From contig NW_021826750.1 of NCBI RefSeq assembly GCF_006345805.1, positions 1-13,341 of the forward strand: DNA of 13,341 nt, read 5' to 3'. The DNA comes from Octopus sinensis. Taxonomy: Eukaryota. Below are positions 1 through 8,354 of the stretch, one piece after another. The position numbers were made by a program, and so were the translations under genes. Positions within the stretch are counted from its first letter, which is position 1, and each line of letters opens with the position of its first letter. The notes under the pieces are model-generated. The model was not told the DNA's origin and did not search any database. It saw only the letters and a list, made by a program, of their open reading frames with translations.

Positions 1-98
1 AAGTCGACCTCGGCGGAATCGGACTCAGAACGTAGCGGCAGACGAAATACCGCTAAGCATTTCGCTCGGCGTGCTAACGATTCTGCTGGATCGCCGCC
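1..98 (-). mobile_element. tRNA-derived SINE, family A, 5' head (cut by window edge)
   Basis: Reverse complement reads GGCGGCGATCCAGCAGAATCGTTAGCACGCCGAGCGAAATGCTTAGCGGTATTTCGTCTGCCGCTACGTTCTGAGTCCGATTCCGCCGAGGTCGACTT. It is collinear with the copies at 313-525 (-) and 2372-2588 (+). The B-box is degraded here. Confidence 0.85.
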
Positions 99-102
99 TT
101 CA

Positions 103-106
103 TAAC

Positions 107-141
<35 letters not shown>

Positions 142-311
142 GAAGAAGAAGAAGAAGAAGACTGAAGACAGAAGAAGAAGAAGAGAAGAAGAGAGAAGAA
201 GAAGAAGAAGAAGAAGAGAAGAAAGAAGAAGAAGAAGAAGAGAAAAAGAAGAAGAAGAAGAAAAAGAGAAGAAGAAGAAGAAGAAGAAGAAGAAGAAGAA
301 GAAGAAGAAGA
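103..311. repeat. Compound microsatellite (AAT)n-(AAG)n
   Basis: Direct reading: (AAT)n ~103-140, then interrupted (AAG)n to 311. It lies between two family-A SINE copies and forms the 3' tail of the 313-525 copy. Confidence 0.97.
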
Positions 312-312
312 A

Positions 313-525
313 TGGTTTCAAATTTTGCCACAAGGGCAGTACTTTCGAAGGAGGGGACAAATCGATTGCATCGACCCCAGTGTTCAAATAGTACTTATTT
401 TACCGACCCCAAAAGGATGAAAAGCAAAGTCGACCTCGGCGGAATTTGAACTCAGAACGTAGCGACGGACGAAATACCACGAAGCATTTTGTCCAGCGCG
501 CTAACAATTTTGCCAGCTAGCTGCC
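313..525 (-). mobile_element. tRNA-derived SINE, family A, near full length
   Basis: Minus strand begins GGCAGCTAGCTGGCAAAATTGTTAGCGCG. B-box-like GTTCAAATTCC at 451-441. Central GTCGACTTTGCTTTTCATCCTTTTGGGGTCGGTAAAATAAGTAC. Ends TTTGAAACCA followed by a (TTC)n tail. Homologous to 1-98 and 2372-2588. Confidence 0.88.
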
Positions 526-526
526 T

Positions 527-560
527 TAACAACAACAACAATAATAATAATAATATAATA
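527..560. repeat. (AAC)n(AAT)n microsatellite abutting the SINE head
   Basis: Direct reading. Confidence 0.9.
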
Positions 561-1100
561 TTAACGACATCTCAACATCAAAATATAAAAAGTAAACTTG
601 TGGCCGTTTTCTTTCTTTTGTTTTCGTTTTTCTTTTACCGTTCTGCGTTTGGTTTACTGAATGTTCTTAGATTTGCAAAAGTTGTTAAGACTTAAAAGTA
701 CTGTGTTCGATTTTCATCTTAAAATCCGCGTACAACAATATCGGTTAAATAATTCCACTTAATGGATCTGGTAACTTGAGAAGATTTCATAATGGAGCCT
801 GGTTTGGAAGTTGACATTGAGATAAAAGGAGGAAGAACCAAAAAGAGAATCGCAACAGACGACAGAAAGAGAACAAAAGAACGACTGAACGAGAGAACGA
901 CAGAATGTACAGCAATATGCAGAATACAAAATACGGAATACTTGATTGTCCAAGCATTGGATTAGTGCTATCTTTGACTACTAATCCATACAGGCAATTA
1001 CGGTGAATGAATCTGCTTTTCAAGAAGAGATGGGTAGCCATTTGCCGGAGATATTTTGTCTTACGTTCTATCACGTGTTTTTTTTTTGTTTTTTTTTCAG

Positions 1101-1118
1101 GGCGATGTCGGCTGTTGG
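1101..1118 (+). other. Candidate 18-nt microexon (unverified)
   Basis: Long poly-T tract ending TTTTTTTCAG (AG at 1099-1100), then GGCGATGTCGGCTGTTGG, then donor-like GTGAGA at 1119. Length is a multiple of 3 with no stop in any frame. Supported by splice signals only. Confidence 0.3.
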
Positions 1119-1414
1119 GTGAGATTGTAAGAGTTGTGTCTTTTCTTTTATGTTATTTCTTTCTCTTTCTCTTTCGCTTTCTTTCTCTTCTCTTCTCTTC
1201 TTACCATTGGTAGTAAGACTAGAAGCGAAACAAAAATCCCCCTTAAGCACATTTGTAGATTAGCGGTATTTCCGGTTAAGCTGCAGAGGAAAGTTTAGAA
1301 TTGTTTTTTCTTCGTGTTTTTTGTCTTGTTATATATTATATATTTTATATTTGCGTTGAGTCAACTTTTTTTTTCACGTGAAGGAATGGAGGCAGAAGGG
1401 TAGGAAAAAGAATA

Positions 1415-1472
1415 GGAGGAAGAGGAGGAGCAGGCGGAGGAGGAGGAGGAGAACTGGGGAGAGAGAGAGAAA
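1415..1472. repeat. (GGA)n/(GA)n purine tract
   Basis: Direct reading. Confidence 0.85.
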
Positions 1473-1589
1473 GTGCATTAAAAAAGGCATTTGATAAAAA
1501 TCAATTATATCAAAAGAAAGTAGAGAATTTATAATGTTTTATGGCTGCTGCGAGAGTTTAACAGAAGGATGGAGATAGTCGTAGCTGTT

Positions 1590-1715
1590 AGGGTGGGTGG
1601 CGGTTATGGATGTAGTGATGGTTGTGGGTAGTGGTGGCAGTGGATGTGGGTGTTGGCAGTGGTGGTGACGGTGTTCTTTGGTAGTGCTGGTGGTGGTAGT
1701 GGTGGTGGTGGTGGT
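1590..1715. repeat. Degenerate (GGT)n low-complexity tract
   Basis: Direct reading: GGT/AGT/GGC triplets. Confidence 0.8.
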
Positions 1716-1776
1716 AATGACTCCAGATTATACGTTTCTAGTCTTGTTGACGTTAGTGGTAGGAGAGTTGCCGGTC

Positions 1777-1970
1777 GCATTAATGGAGAGTGTTTGTGAT
1801 ATTTATCCCCACTAAAACGTGGATGTTCTGTTAGAACAAACTATACTGCGGTAGATACCACGAGAGAAACTCTTATATTGGCTTTTGGTGCAAAATGTAA
1901 GCAGAGTAGTTTGTTCAAACAGATCGTCCACGTTTCATCGGGGATAAGTATTACCTCTCCGAATTAATGC
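1777..1970. mobile_element. Decayed long inverted repeat, probable MITE / non-autonomous DNA transposon relic
   Basis: Arms 1777-1849 and 1901-1970 are reverse complements. The inner 51 bp (1799-1849 vs 1901-1951) match 42/51 without gaps by hand alignment. The outer ends share GCATTAAT..GGAGAG. Spacer is 51 bp. No clear TSD. Confidence 0.65.
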
Positions 1971-1989
1971 AGCTTCTATTGCTTATAGT

Positions 1990-2326
1990 GTGACGGCGCA
2001 TGGCTCAGTGCTTAGAGCGTCGAGATTACGATAGTGAGGTTGTGAGCTCGAATCCCAGACCGGGCTGCGTGTTGTGTTCTTGAGCAAGACACTTTATTTC
2101 ACGTTGCTCCAGTTCACTCAGCTGTAGAAATGAGTCGCGATGTCACAGGTGCCAAGCTGTATCGGCCCCTTTGCCTTTCCCTTGGATAACAGCAGCTTGG
2201 AGAGGGGAGGCCGGTATGCAGGGGCGACTGCTGGTCTTCCATAAACAACCTTGCCCGGACTTGTGCCTAGGAGGGTAACTTTCTAGGTGCAGTCCCATAG
2301 TTTGTGTCGTGACCGAAGGGGGTCTC
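1990..2326 (+). mobile_element. tRNA-derived SINE, family C (CORE-like central domain), tail type 1
   Basis: A-box-like TGGCTCAGTGC at 2001-2011 and B-box-like GCTCGAATCCC at 2046-2056. Central TGTGTTCTTGAGCAAGACACTTTATTTCACGTTGCTCCAGTTCACTCAGCTGTAGAAATG resembles the CORE-SINE domain (from memory). The first ~140 nt are homologous to the 3707-4036 copy. Confidence 0.82.
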
Positions 2327-2347
2327 AGATTTCTGATATATATATAT

Positions 2348-2372
2348 CCTAACCCTAACCCTAACCCTAACC
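2348..2372 (-). repeat. Short interstitial telomere-type repeat (TTAGGG)~4
   Basis: Plus strand CCTAACCCTAACCCTAACCCTAACC, sitting between a (TA)n tract and a 5'-truncated SINE. Confidence 0.85.
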
Positions 2373-2588
2373 TGGCAGAATCGTTAGCACGCCGGGCAAA
2401 ATGCTTACCGGTATTTCGCCTGATGTTACGTTCTGAGTTCAAATTCCGCCGAGGTCGATTTTGCCTTTCATCCTTTCGGGGTAGTCGATTAAATAAGTAC
2501 CAGTTACGCACTGGGGTCGATGTAATCGACTTAATATCCTTGTTTGTCCACTCTATGTTTAGCCCCCAGAGGGCAATAAAAAAATAAG
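2372..2588 (+). mobile_element. tRNA-derived SINE, family A, lacking its first ~9 nt, alternative 3' tail
   Basis: A-box-like TGGCAGAATCG at 2373-2383 and B-box-like GTTCAAATTCC at 2437-2447. Homologous to 313-525 up to GGGGTCGATGTAATCGACTT, then has a different 3' end terminating in an A-rich tail. Confidence 0.87.
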
Positions 2589-2614
2589 GGATAGTGGTGG
2601 TTAGCCTCATTGTA

Positions 2615-2686
2615 ATCGTCGTCGTCGTCATCATCATCATCATCATCCTCATCACCACCACCACCTCCACCAGCAGCATCATCATC
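2615..2686. repeat. Graded triplet microsatellite (GTC)(ATC)(ACC)(AGC)
   Basis: Direct reading. Confidence 0.9.
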
Positions 2687-3032
2687 TCCCCCTCCCATAC
2701 ACACATATAAACACAAACATATATTAATACACATACATGTACACACATTTATATACTTTCATTATCTCATCTCTGTCTTCATGGCAGCCTTTTCGTCCCA
2801 TTTACTTATCGTAATCTGAAGAAACTCTGAGATAGGATTCCGTCTGGTACTTCAAACAGATTAGTTGTCCTTCAGCTTTATGCCATAGAGAAGTAAAATA
2901 ACCATATTCTTAGAGCTAATAACACCACATTCCGAGTCAAATGGCAAAGAGATTGGCGATTGACACATGAACAATAAAAATCTATCACTCAAATAACACC
3001 GTGGGACTGAACAAACAGGGCAATTAGTATGC

Positions 3033-3125
3033 TTGTGTGTGTGTGTATATATATATATACATATATACATATTATATATATATATATACATATTATATAT
3101 ATATGTGTGTGTGTGTGTGTGTGCG
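3033..3125. repeat. (TG)n/(TA)n compound dinucleotide repeat
   Basis: Direct reading. Confidence 0.92.
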
Positions 3126-3131
3126 TATGCA

Positions 3132-3155
3132 GGCGCAGGAGTAGCTGTGTGGTAA
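3132..3155 (+). mobile_element. 24-bp 5' head stub of family-B SINE
   Basis: GGCGCAGGAGTAGCTGTGTGGTAA matches the heads at 12825 (CGCAGGAGTGGCTGTGTGGTAA) and 8679 (-). The rest of the element is absent. Confidence 0.6.
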
Positions 3156-3706
3156 TATAAATAAGATATAAATATATGCATATATACATACATATATGTA
3201 CATAGCTACATATATATGTATATATACATGCATATATGGGCACAGGACATAAAAAAGATGTTGAACACAATGAGAAACGAAAACATAAAAACAAAAACAT
3301 AGAAACGAACTTTTTTTCGAACAAACGAAAAAACAGAGAGACGAGACATACAACATGAAGAATATTCCCCTTCATCAGCCGTCCCTATTTCATCTACTCC
3401 GCGTTTTTAGAAGGCAAGGACAATACGCGACTTCGTTGAAGCAGTCCTACCCGCAAAGCAAATTAAATAAAATTTGGGATATTTTGCGGAGGGCGAAAGT
3501 GGTAATAATTTTTAAAAAATGTTTGCTAGTTCATTTTGTCTTTTTATCTTCTCTCCTGGTGCTGTATGAACTTTTAATGTGGTTTTAGAGTCATGTTTTG
3601 GCTGCTATTTCCAGCGTGATGGTATCTCTTAGATACCCTGAATTTTAATAATAATTATTACAATTAAAGGTTTTTATTCCCATGCTGGCCACTTGATATA
3701 TATATA

Positions 3707-4036
3707 TGGCATGGCTTTTCGTCGGTTACGGCGACGTATGTTCCAGTTAATTCGATCAACGAAACGGCTTGCGCGTGGAGTTAACGAACAAGTGACTGAG
3801 CACTCCGCAAACACGCGATCCCTTAACGAATTTCTGAGGAAGATTTAGCGAGACAGAGAATGTGGTGAGGCTGGTCCTTTTAAATTATCGGCACAGCGCA
3901 TTTTCCCAGCTGAGTTGGACTAGGGTGATGTGAAATAAAGTGTGCTGCTCGAGGACACAGCACGCTGCTGAGAATCGAACTCATGACCTCACCGTCGTGA
4001 GCCGGATGCCTTAACTACTAAGCCACGCGCCTTCAC
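3707..4036 (-). mobile_element. tRNA-derived SINE, family C (CORE-like), tail type 2
   Basis: Minus strand GTGAAGGCGCGTGGCTTAGTAGTTAAGGC. A-box-like at 4025-4015 and B-box-like GTTCGATTCTC at 3980-3970. Central CTGTGTCCTCGAGCAGCACACTTTATTTCAC...ACTCAGCTG is shared with 1990-2326. The 3' half is unrelated to that copy and ends in a short (TA)n. Confidence 0.82.
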
Positions 4037-4526
4037 ATACAGTCATACATATATACATACATACATACATGCATGCATACACACATACATACATACAAAC
4101 ATACATACATACATACATACATACATACATGCATGCATACATACATACAAACATACATACATATATACATACATGCATACATACATACATACATATATAC
4201 ATACATGCATACATACATACATACATACATACATACATACATACATACATTGATACATACATACATGCATACATACATACATACATACATACATACATAC
4301 ATTCATACATTCATACATACATACATACATACATACATTCATACATACATACATACATACATACATACATGCATACATACATACATACATACATACATAC
4401 ATACATACATTGATACATACATACATGCATACATACATACATACATACATACATACATACATTCATACATTCATACATACATACATACATACATACATAC
4501 ATACATACATACATACATTCATACAT
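4037..4526. repeat. Long (ATAC)n tetranucleotide array with variant units and an internal ~160-bp duplication
   Basis: Direct reading. Variant units TTGA, GCAT and TTCA recur at a 160-bp offset (4251/4411, 4301/4461). Confidence 0.97.
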
Positions 4527-4590
4527 AAGGTTAGAATCCGGCTCTTCCCATATTGGCAAGAAATATTGAAATAGAACCGAATAACGACAT
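4527..4590. repeat. Possible fragment of an interspersed repeat embedded in (ATAC)n
   Basis: A non-microsatellite block flanked on both sides by ACATAC units. It resembles a sequence I recall next to (TATG)n arrays in Octopus (memory only). Confidence 0.35.
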
Positions 4591-4915
4591 ACATACATAA
4601 GTTACCATGTATTTGTGTGACCGCACGAGCGTGTGTTTGTGTGCGTGTGCGTGTGTATATACCGGAGAGTAACCATCAAATAATAGTAAGGTTTTCAAGA
4701 AAAGATGAAAACTAAAAACCGTTTAAATTAAGATGATAATCTTGTTAGATATTTAATCATCTACTGAAATAGACAGAAAGTGGTCATGATAATTATTCGG
4801 TTCTGTAGAATAAAACCTCTTAATATTTGGTTCGTAGCCAACATTATTTCTTTATCATATAATGTATCTTTAATCCAAGTTAAGAGGCAGCCACAGATTC
4901 GTTGGTACTTGACTT

Positions 4916-5211
4916 GGTAGAAACACTAACCAAATACCCTCAAATCACACCTGGTTTTAAAAGCAACGAACGTTGGAATTAGCCGGAACGCATTTGACGG
5001 TATGTGTGCGCTTGGTTGCGAGTGACATGGGTAGAAATAGTAGCGAGATACCCCTTTAATCATAAACGTTTAGTTTTAAAAGGAAAGAAGGGTAGAATTA
5101 GTCGGAATGCATTTGATGGTGTGTGTGTTTGTGTGCTATGCTGGGAGTGAAATGAATAGAAATAGTAGCCAAATATCCCTAAAATCATACCTTTTACTTT
5201 GAAAAAGGAAG
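4916..5211. repeat. Diverged tandem repeat, ~2.5 units of ~114-125 bp
   Basis: Units start at about 4916, 5030 and 5155 with (G)TAGAAA(T/C)A(G/C)TA..AAATA.CCCT..AATCA. The first two units also share GAATTAG(C/T)CGGAA(C/T)GCATTTGA(C/T)GGT.TGTGTG. Confidence 0.8.
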
Positions 5212-5334
5212 CAGTATGGCTCTGGCAAGAACACACTGGGCCTGACGTTGCGTTAAAAAACTACGGCATACACAAAACTCTCTTTCTAAAGTGTTACATT
5301 CGATACGGAGTCAATGGATCTTCTAGATATATTG

Positions 5335-5400
<66 letters not shown>

Positions 5401-5510
5401 ATATATATATATATATATCTAACTGCCTGCCTGTGTGCCTGTCTGTCTGTGTGTCTGTCTGCCTATCTATCTGTCTGTCTGTCTCTCTGCCTATCTGTCT
5501 GTCTCTCTCA
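5335..5510. repeat. Compound (CTAT)n-(TA)n-(CTGT)n microsatellite
   Basis: Direct reading. Confidence 0.95.
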
Positions 5511-5592
5511 GAATTTTGAGCCTCGTGCCTAGAGTAGAAAAGAAATGCATTATCTATCCATCTAGCTAACTGTTTGACTGTCTGTCTTTCTA

Positions 5593-5594
5593 TG

Positions 5595-5654
<60 letters not shown>
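5593..5654. repeat. (TA)n tract, left boundary of the 1.29-kb duplication
   Basis: Direct reading. Confidence 0.95.
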
Positions 5655-5660
<6 letters not shown>

Positions 5661-6012
5661 CCAAATATATCTTTGCACCCATAAACACAATTCTTCAGAT
5701 CCGCTTCTACCTACCTTTCGAGCCTTCACAAAGAAAAAGAGGAGAGAAGGAAAATGTCCTTCCTATTTGAAGACTATGGACAATATTACAAGCATTTCAT
5801 TTAATATTTTTCTTCAATTTAATTGTTTTTCTCCTCAATTAATATTCCACCTTTGTTTCGCTCTTAGATGATGCCTAAAGGACAGAAACCCGTACATACC
5901 GTTACAAAATGTATTTCATGAGAATATTATTTTAGAGCATTTTCTACCTTGTCTTATTTTCCTTATACATATCAACTCGGGCGACACTTTTCAACTTTGT
6001 ACGCGCACACAC

Positions 6013-6054
<42 letters not shown>

Positions 6055-6940
6055 GCACACACACACACACACACACATATATGTAAGTAGCTACTTGTAT
6101 GCATCTCAGTAGGTGTACATACATATATGTTTGTGCTTGAATGTATACGCAATATACACGAAATATTTTTTAAATCTCTTACATGCCAACAAATGCATTC
6201 TAATGTAAAGCATACATATAGAAATATTCAGTATTCTGCAGAGGTATATTTAGATGTCTAAAATAGATAGTCTTGATGTAGCATCAAAGTTGGAGAATAC
6301 AGTGCAAATTCTCGCCAGTACGGCGCTACTAGAAAACTAAGTGCAGTGTAGGATTTATTAATCCTTGTCGAAGTTCAATTAACTCTGCAACTGTGTGGTC
6401 ATAAGGATGTAAAGCTTAGCTCCCTGCATTTCTTTGTGCACCAGACTACATATATGCATACGAAACAAGGCATGCGCTCACAGAAACACACACACATATA
6501 TGTATACACCATATTCGCAAAGCCAGAAATATGAATGTGTATGCATATATGTATGTACACAAGGTTACAGAGATACATACATACATACAGTCATACATAT
6601 ATACATACATATATATGTGTGTATATATGCATATATGTATATATATATATTTATATGTATGTACGTATGTATATATTTATGTGAGTGTGTGTATGTGTGT
6701 GTATTTGTGTCTGTATGTGTGTGCATGATGTGTTTTGTTAGTGCATGTTTATATATGTGTGCAAATGAAATTCTTTGTATATATATATATGCATGTGTCC
6801 GCGCGTTTTAGGTACACACACAGATACACGCGCACACACATGTACCCCCCCATTTATATATATATGGTGTGTATATAATGGAGAAATTATACAAAATGCA
6901 TAACTAGATGATGAGTATTATATATGTATATATATATATA
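5655..6940 (+). repeat. Tandem duplication, copy 1 (~1286 bp)
   Basis: Begins ACAGAACCAAATATATCTTTGCACCC and ends GATGATGAGTATTATATATG(TA)n. Near-identical to 6941-8234. Contains (CA)n at ~6003-6076 and TA/TG-rich low-complexity sequence in its distal half. Confidence 0.95.
5865..5894 (+). other. Degenerate hammerhead-ribozyme-like core (copy 1)
   Basis: TAGATGA-TGCC-TAAA-GG(A)CA-GAAA-CCCGTA resembles CUGAUGA / stem II / GAAA / short stem III / UH. The catalytic box is mutated (TA instead of CT) and no stem I pairing is visible. Confidence 0.3.
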
Positions 6941-7285
6941 ACAGAACCAAATATATCTTTGCACCCATAAACACAATTCTTCAGATCCGCTTCTACCTAC
7001 CTTTCGAGCCTTCACAAAGAAAAAGAGAGAGAAAGGAAAATGTCCTTCCTATTTGAAGACTATGGACATATTTACAAAGCATTTCATTTAATATTTTTCT
7101 TCAATTTAATTGTTTTTCTCCTCAATTAATATTCCACCTTTGTTTCGCTCTTAGATGATGCCTAAAGGACAGAAACCCGTACATACCGTTACAAAATGTA
7201 TTTCATGAGAATATTATTTTAGCATTTTCTACCTTGTCTTATTTTCCTTATACATATCAACTCGGGCGACACTTTTCAACTTTGT

Positions 7286-7339
<54 letters not shown>

Positions 7340-8234
7340 GCACACACACACACACACACACATATATGTAAGTAGCTACTTGTATGCATCTCAGTAGGTG
7401 TACATACATATATGTTTGTGCTTGAATGTATACGCAATATACACGAAATATTTTTTAAATCTCTTACATGCCAACAAATGCATTCTAATGTAAAGCATAC
7501 ATATAGAAATATTCAGTTCTGCAGAGGTATATTTAGATGTCTAAAATAGATAGTCTTGATGTAGCATCAAGTTGGAGAATACAGTGCAAATTCTCGCCAG
7601 TACGGCGCTACTAGAAAACTAAGTGCAGTGTAGGATTTATTAATCCTTGTCGAAGTTCAATTAACTCTGCAACTGTGTGGTCATAAGGATGTAAAGCTTA
7701 GCTCCCTGCATTTCTTTGTGCACCAGACTACATATATGCATACGAAACAAGGCATGCGCTCACAGAAACACACACACATATATGTATACACCATATTCGC
7801 AAAGCCAGAAATATGAATGTGTATGCATATATGTATGTACACAAGGTTACAGAGATACATACATACATACAGTCATACATATATACATACATATATCTGT
7901 GTATATATGCATATATGTATATATATATATTTATATGTATGTACGTATGTATATATTATGTGAGTGTGTGATGTGTGTGTATTTGTGTCTGTATGTGTGT
8001 GCATGAGTGTGTTTGTTAGTGCATGTTTATATATGTGTGCAAATGAAATTCTTGTATATATATATATGCATGTGTCCGCGCGTTTTAGGTACACACACAG
8101 ATACACGCGCACACACATGTACCCACCCCATTTATATATATATGTGTGTGTATATAATGGAGAAATTATACAAAATGCATAACTAGATGATGAGTATTAT
8201 ATATGTATATATATATATATATATATGTATATAT
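6941..8234 (+). repeat. Tandem duplication, copy 2 (~1290 bp)
   Basis: Same start and end sequences as copy 1. Differences are almost all 1-2 bp indels plus microsatellite length changes. Confidence 0.95.
7152..7181 (+). other. Degenerate hammerhead-ribozyme-like core (copy 2)
   Basis: Identical to 5865-5894. Confidence 0.3.
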
Positions 8235-8235
8235 T

Positions 8236-8354
8236 GGCCTGCTCGCTTAGCCTGCGGGGTGGTGTCATTTGAAGGCTAAAACAATGCGAAGCGCATTGTG
8301 ACCAGCGATGTGTAGCAACATCTGATAGCCTGGTCGGTCACGGTGATCACTGTG

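Noticed and set aside
780-1074. Non-repetitive short ORFs (+ MEPGLEVDIEIKGGRTKK..., 792-965; - MIERKTKYLRQ..., 787-1074)
   Set aside because: Short, no recognisable homology and no convincing splice sites. BLASTX or RNA-seq would be needed.
1590-1715. G-quadruplex in the GGT-rich tract
   Set aside because: Mostly GG doublets with few GGG runs, so only weak two-tier potential, which is common in such repeats.
1990-2062. tRNA-like segments with A/B boxes (also 3965-4036 and 12825-12890)
   Set aside because: No complete cloverleaf with a closing acceptor stem, and they continue into SINE bodies. They are SINE heads, not tRNA genes.
3355-3588. ORF MKNIPLHQ... and the alternative frame KARTIRDFVEAVLPAKQIK after TTTTAG at 3410
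   Set aside because: Short, unrecognised and with no supporting donor. The minus-strand CTGATGA at ~3372-3378 lacks a downstream GAAA, so it is not a hammerhead.
4916-5211. Repeat-spacer-like periodicity as a possible CRISPR array
   Set aside because: Units are long and diverged, the whole unit is homologous rather than repeat plus unique spacer, the context is eukaryotic, and there are no cas genes.
5714-5729. Antisense TTTCGAGCCTTCAC as a second hammerhead remnant
   Set aside because: Neither CUGANGA nor stem II can be formed. It is too degenerate to claim.
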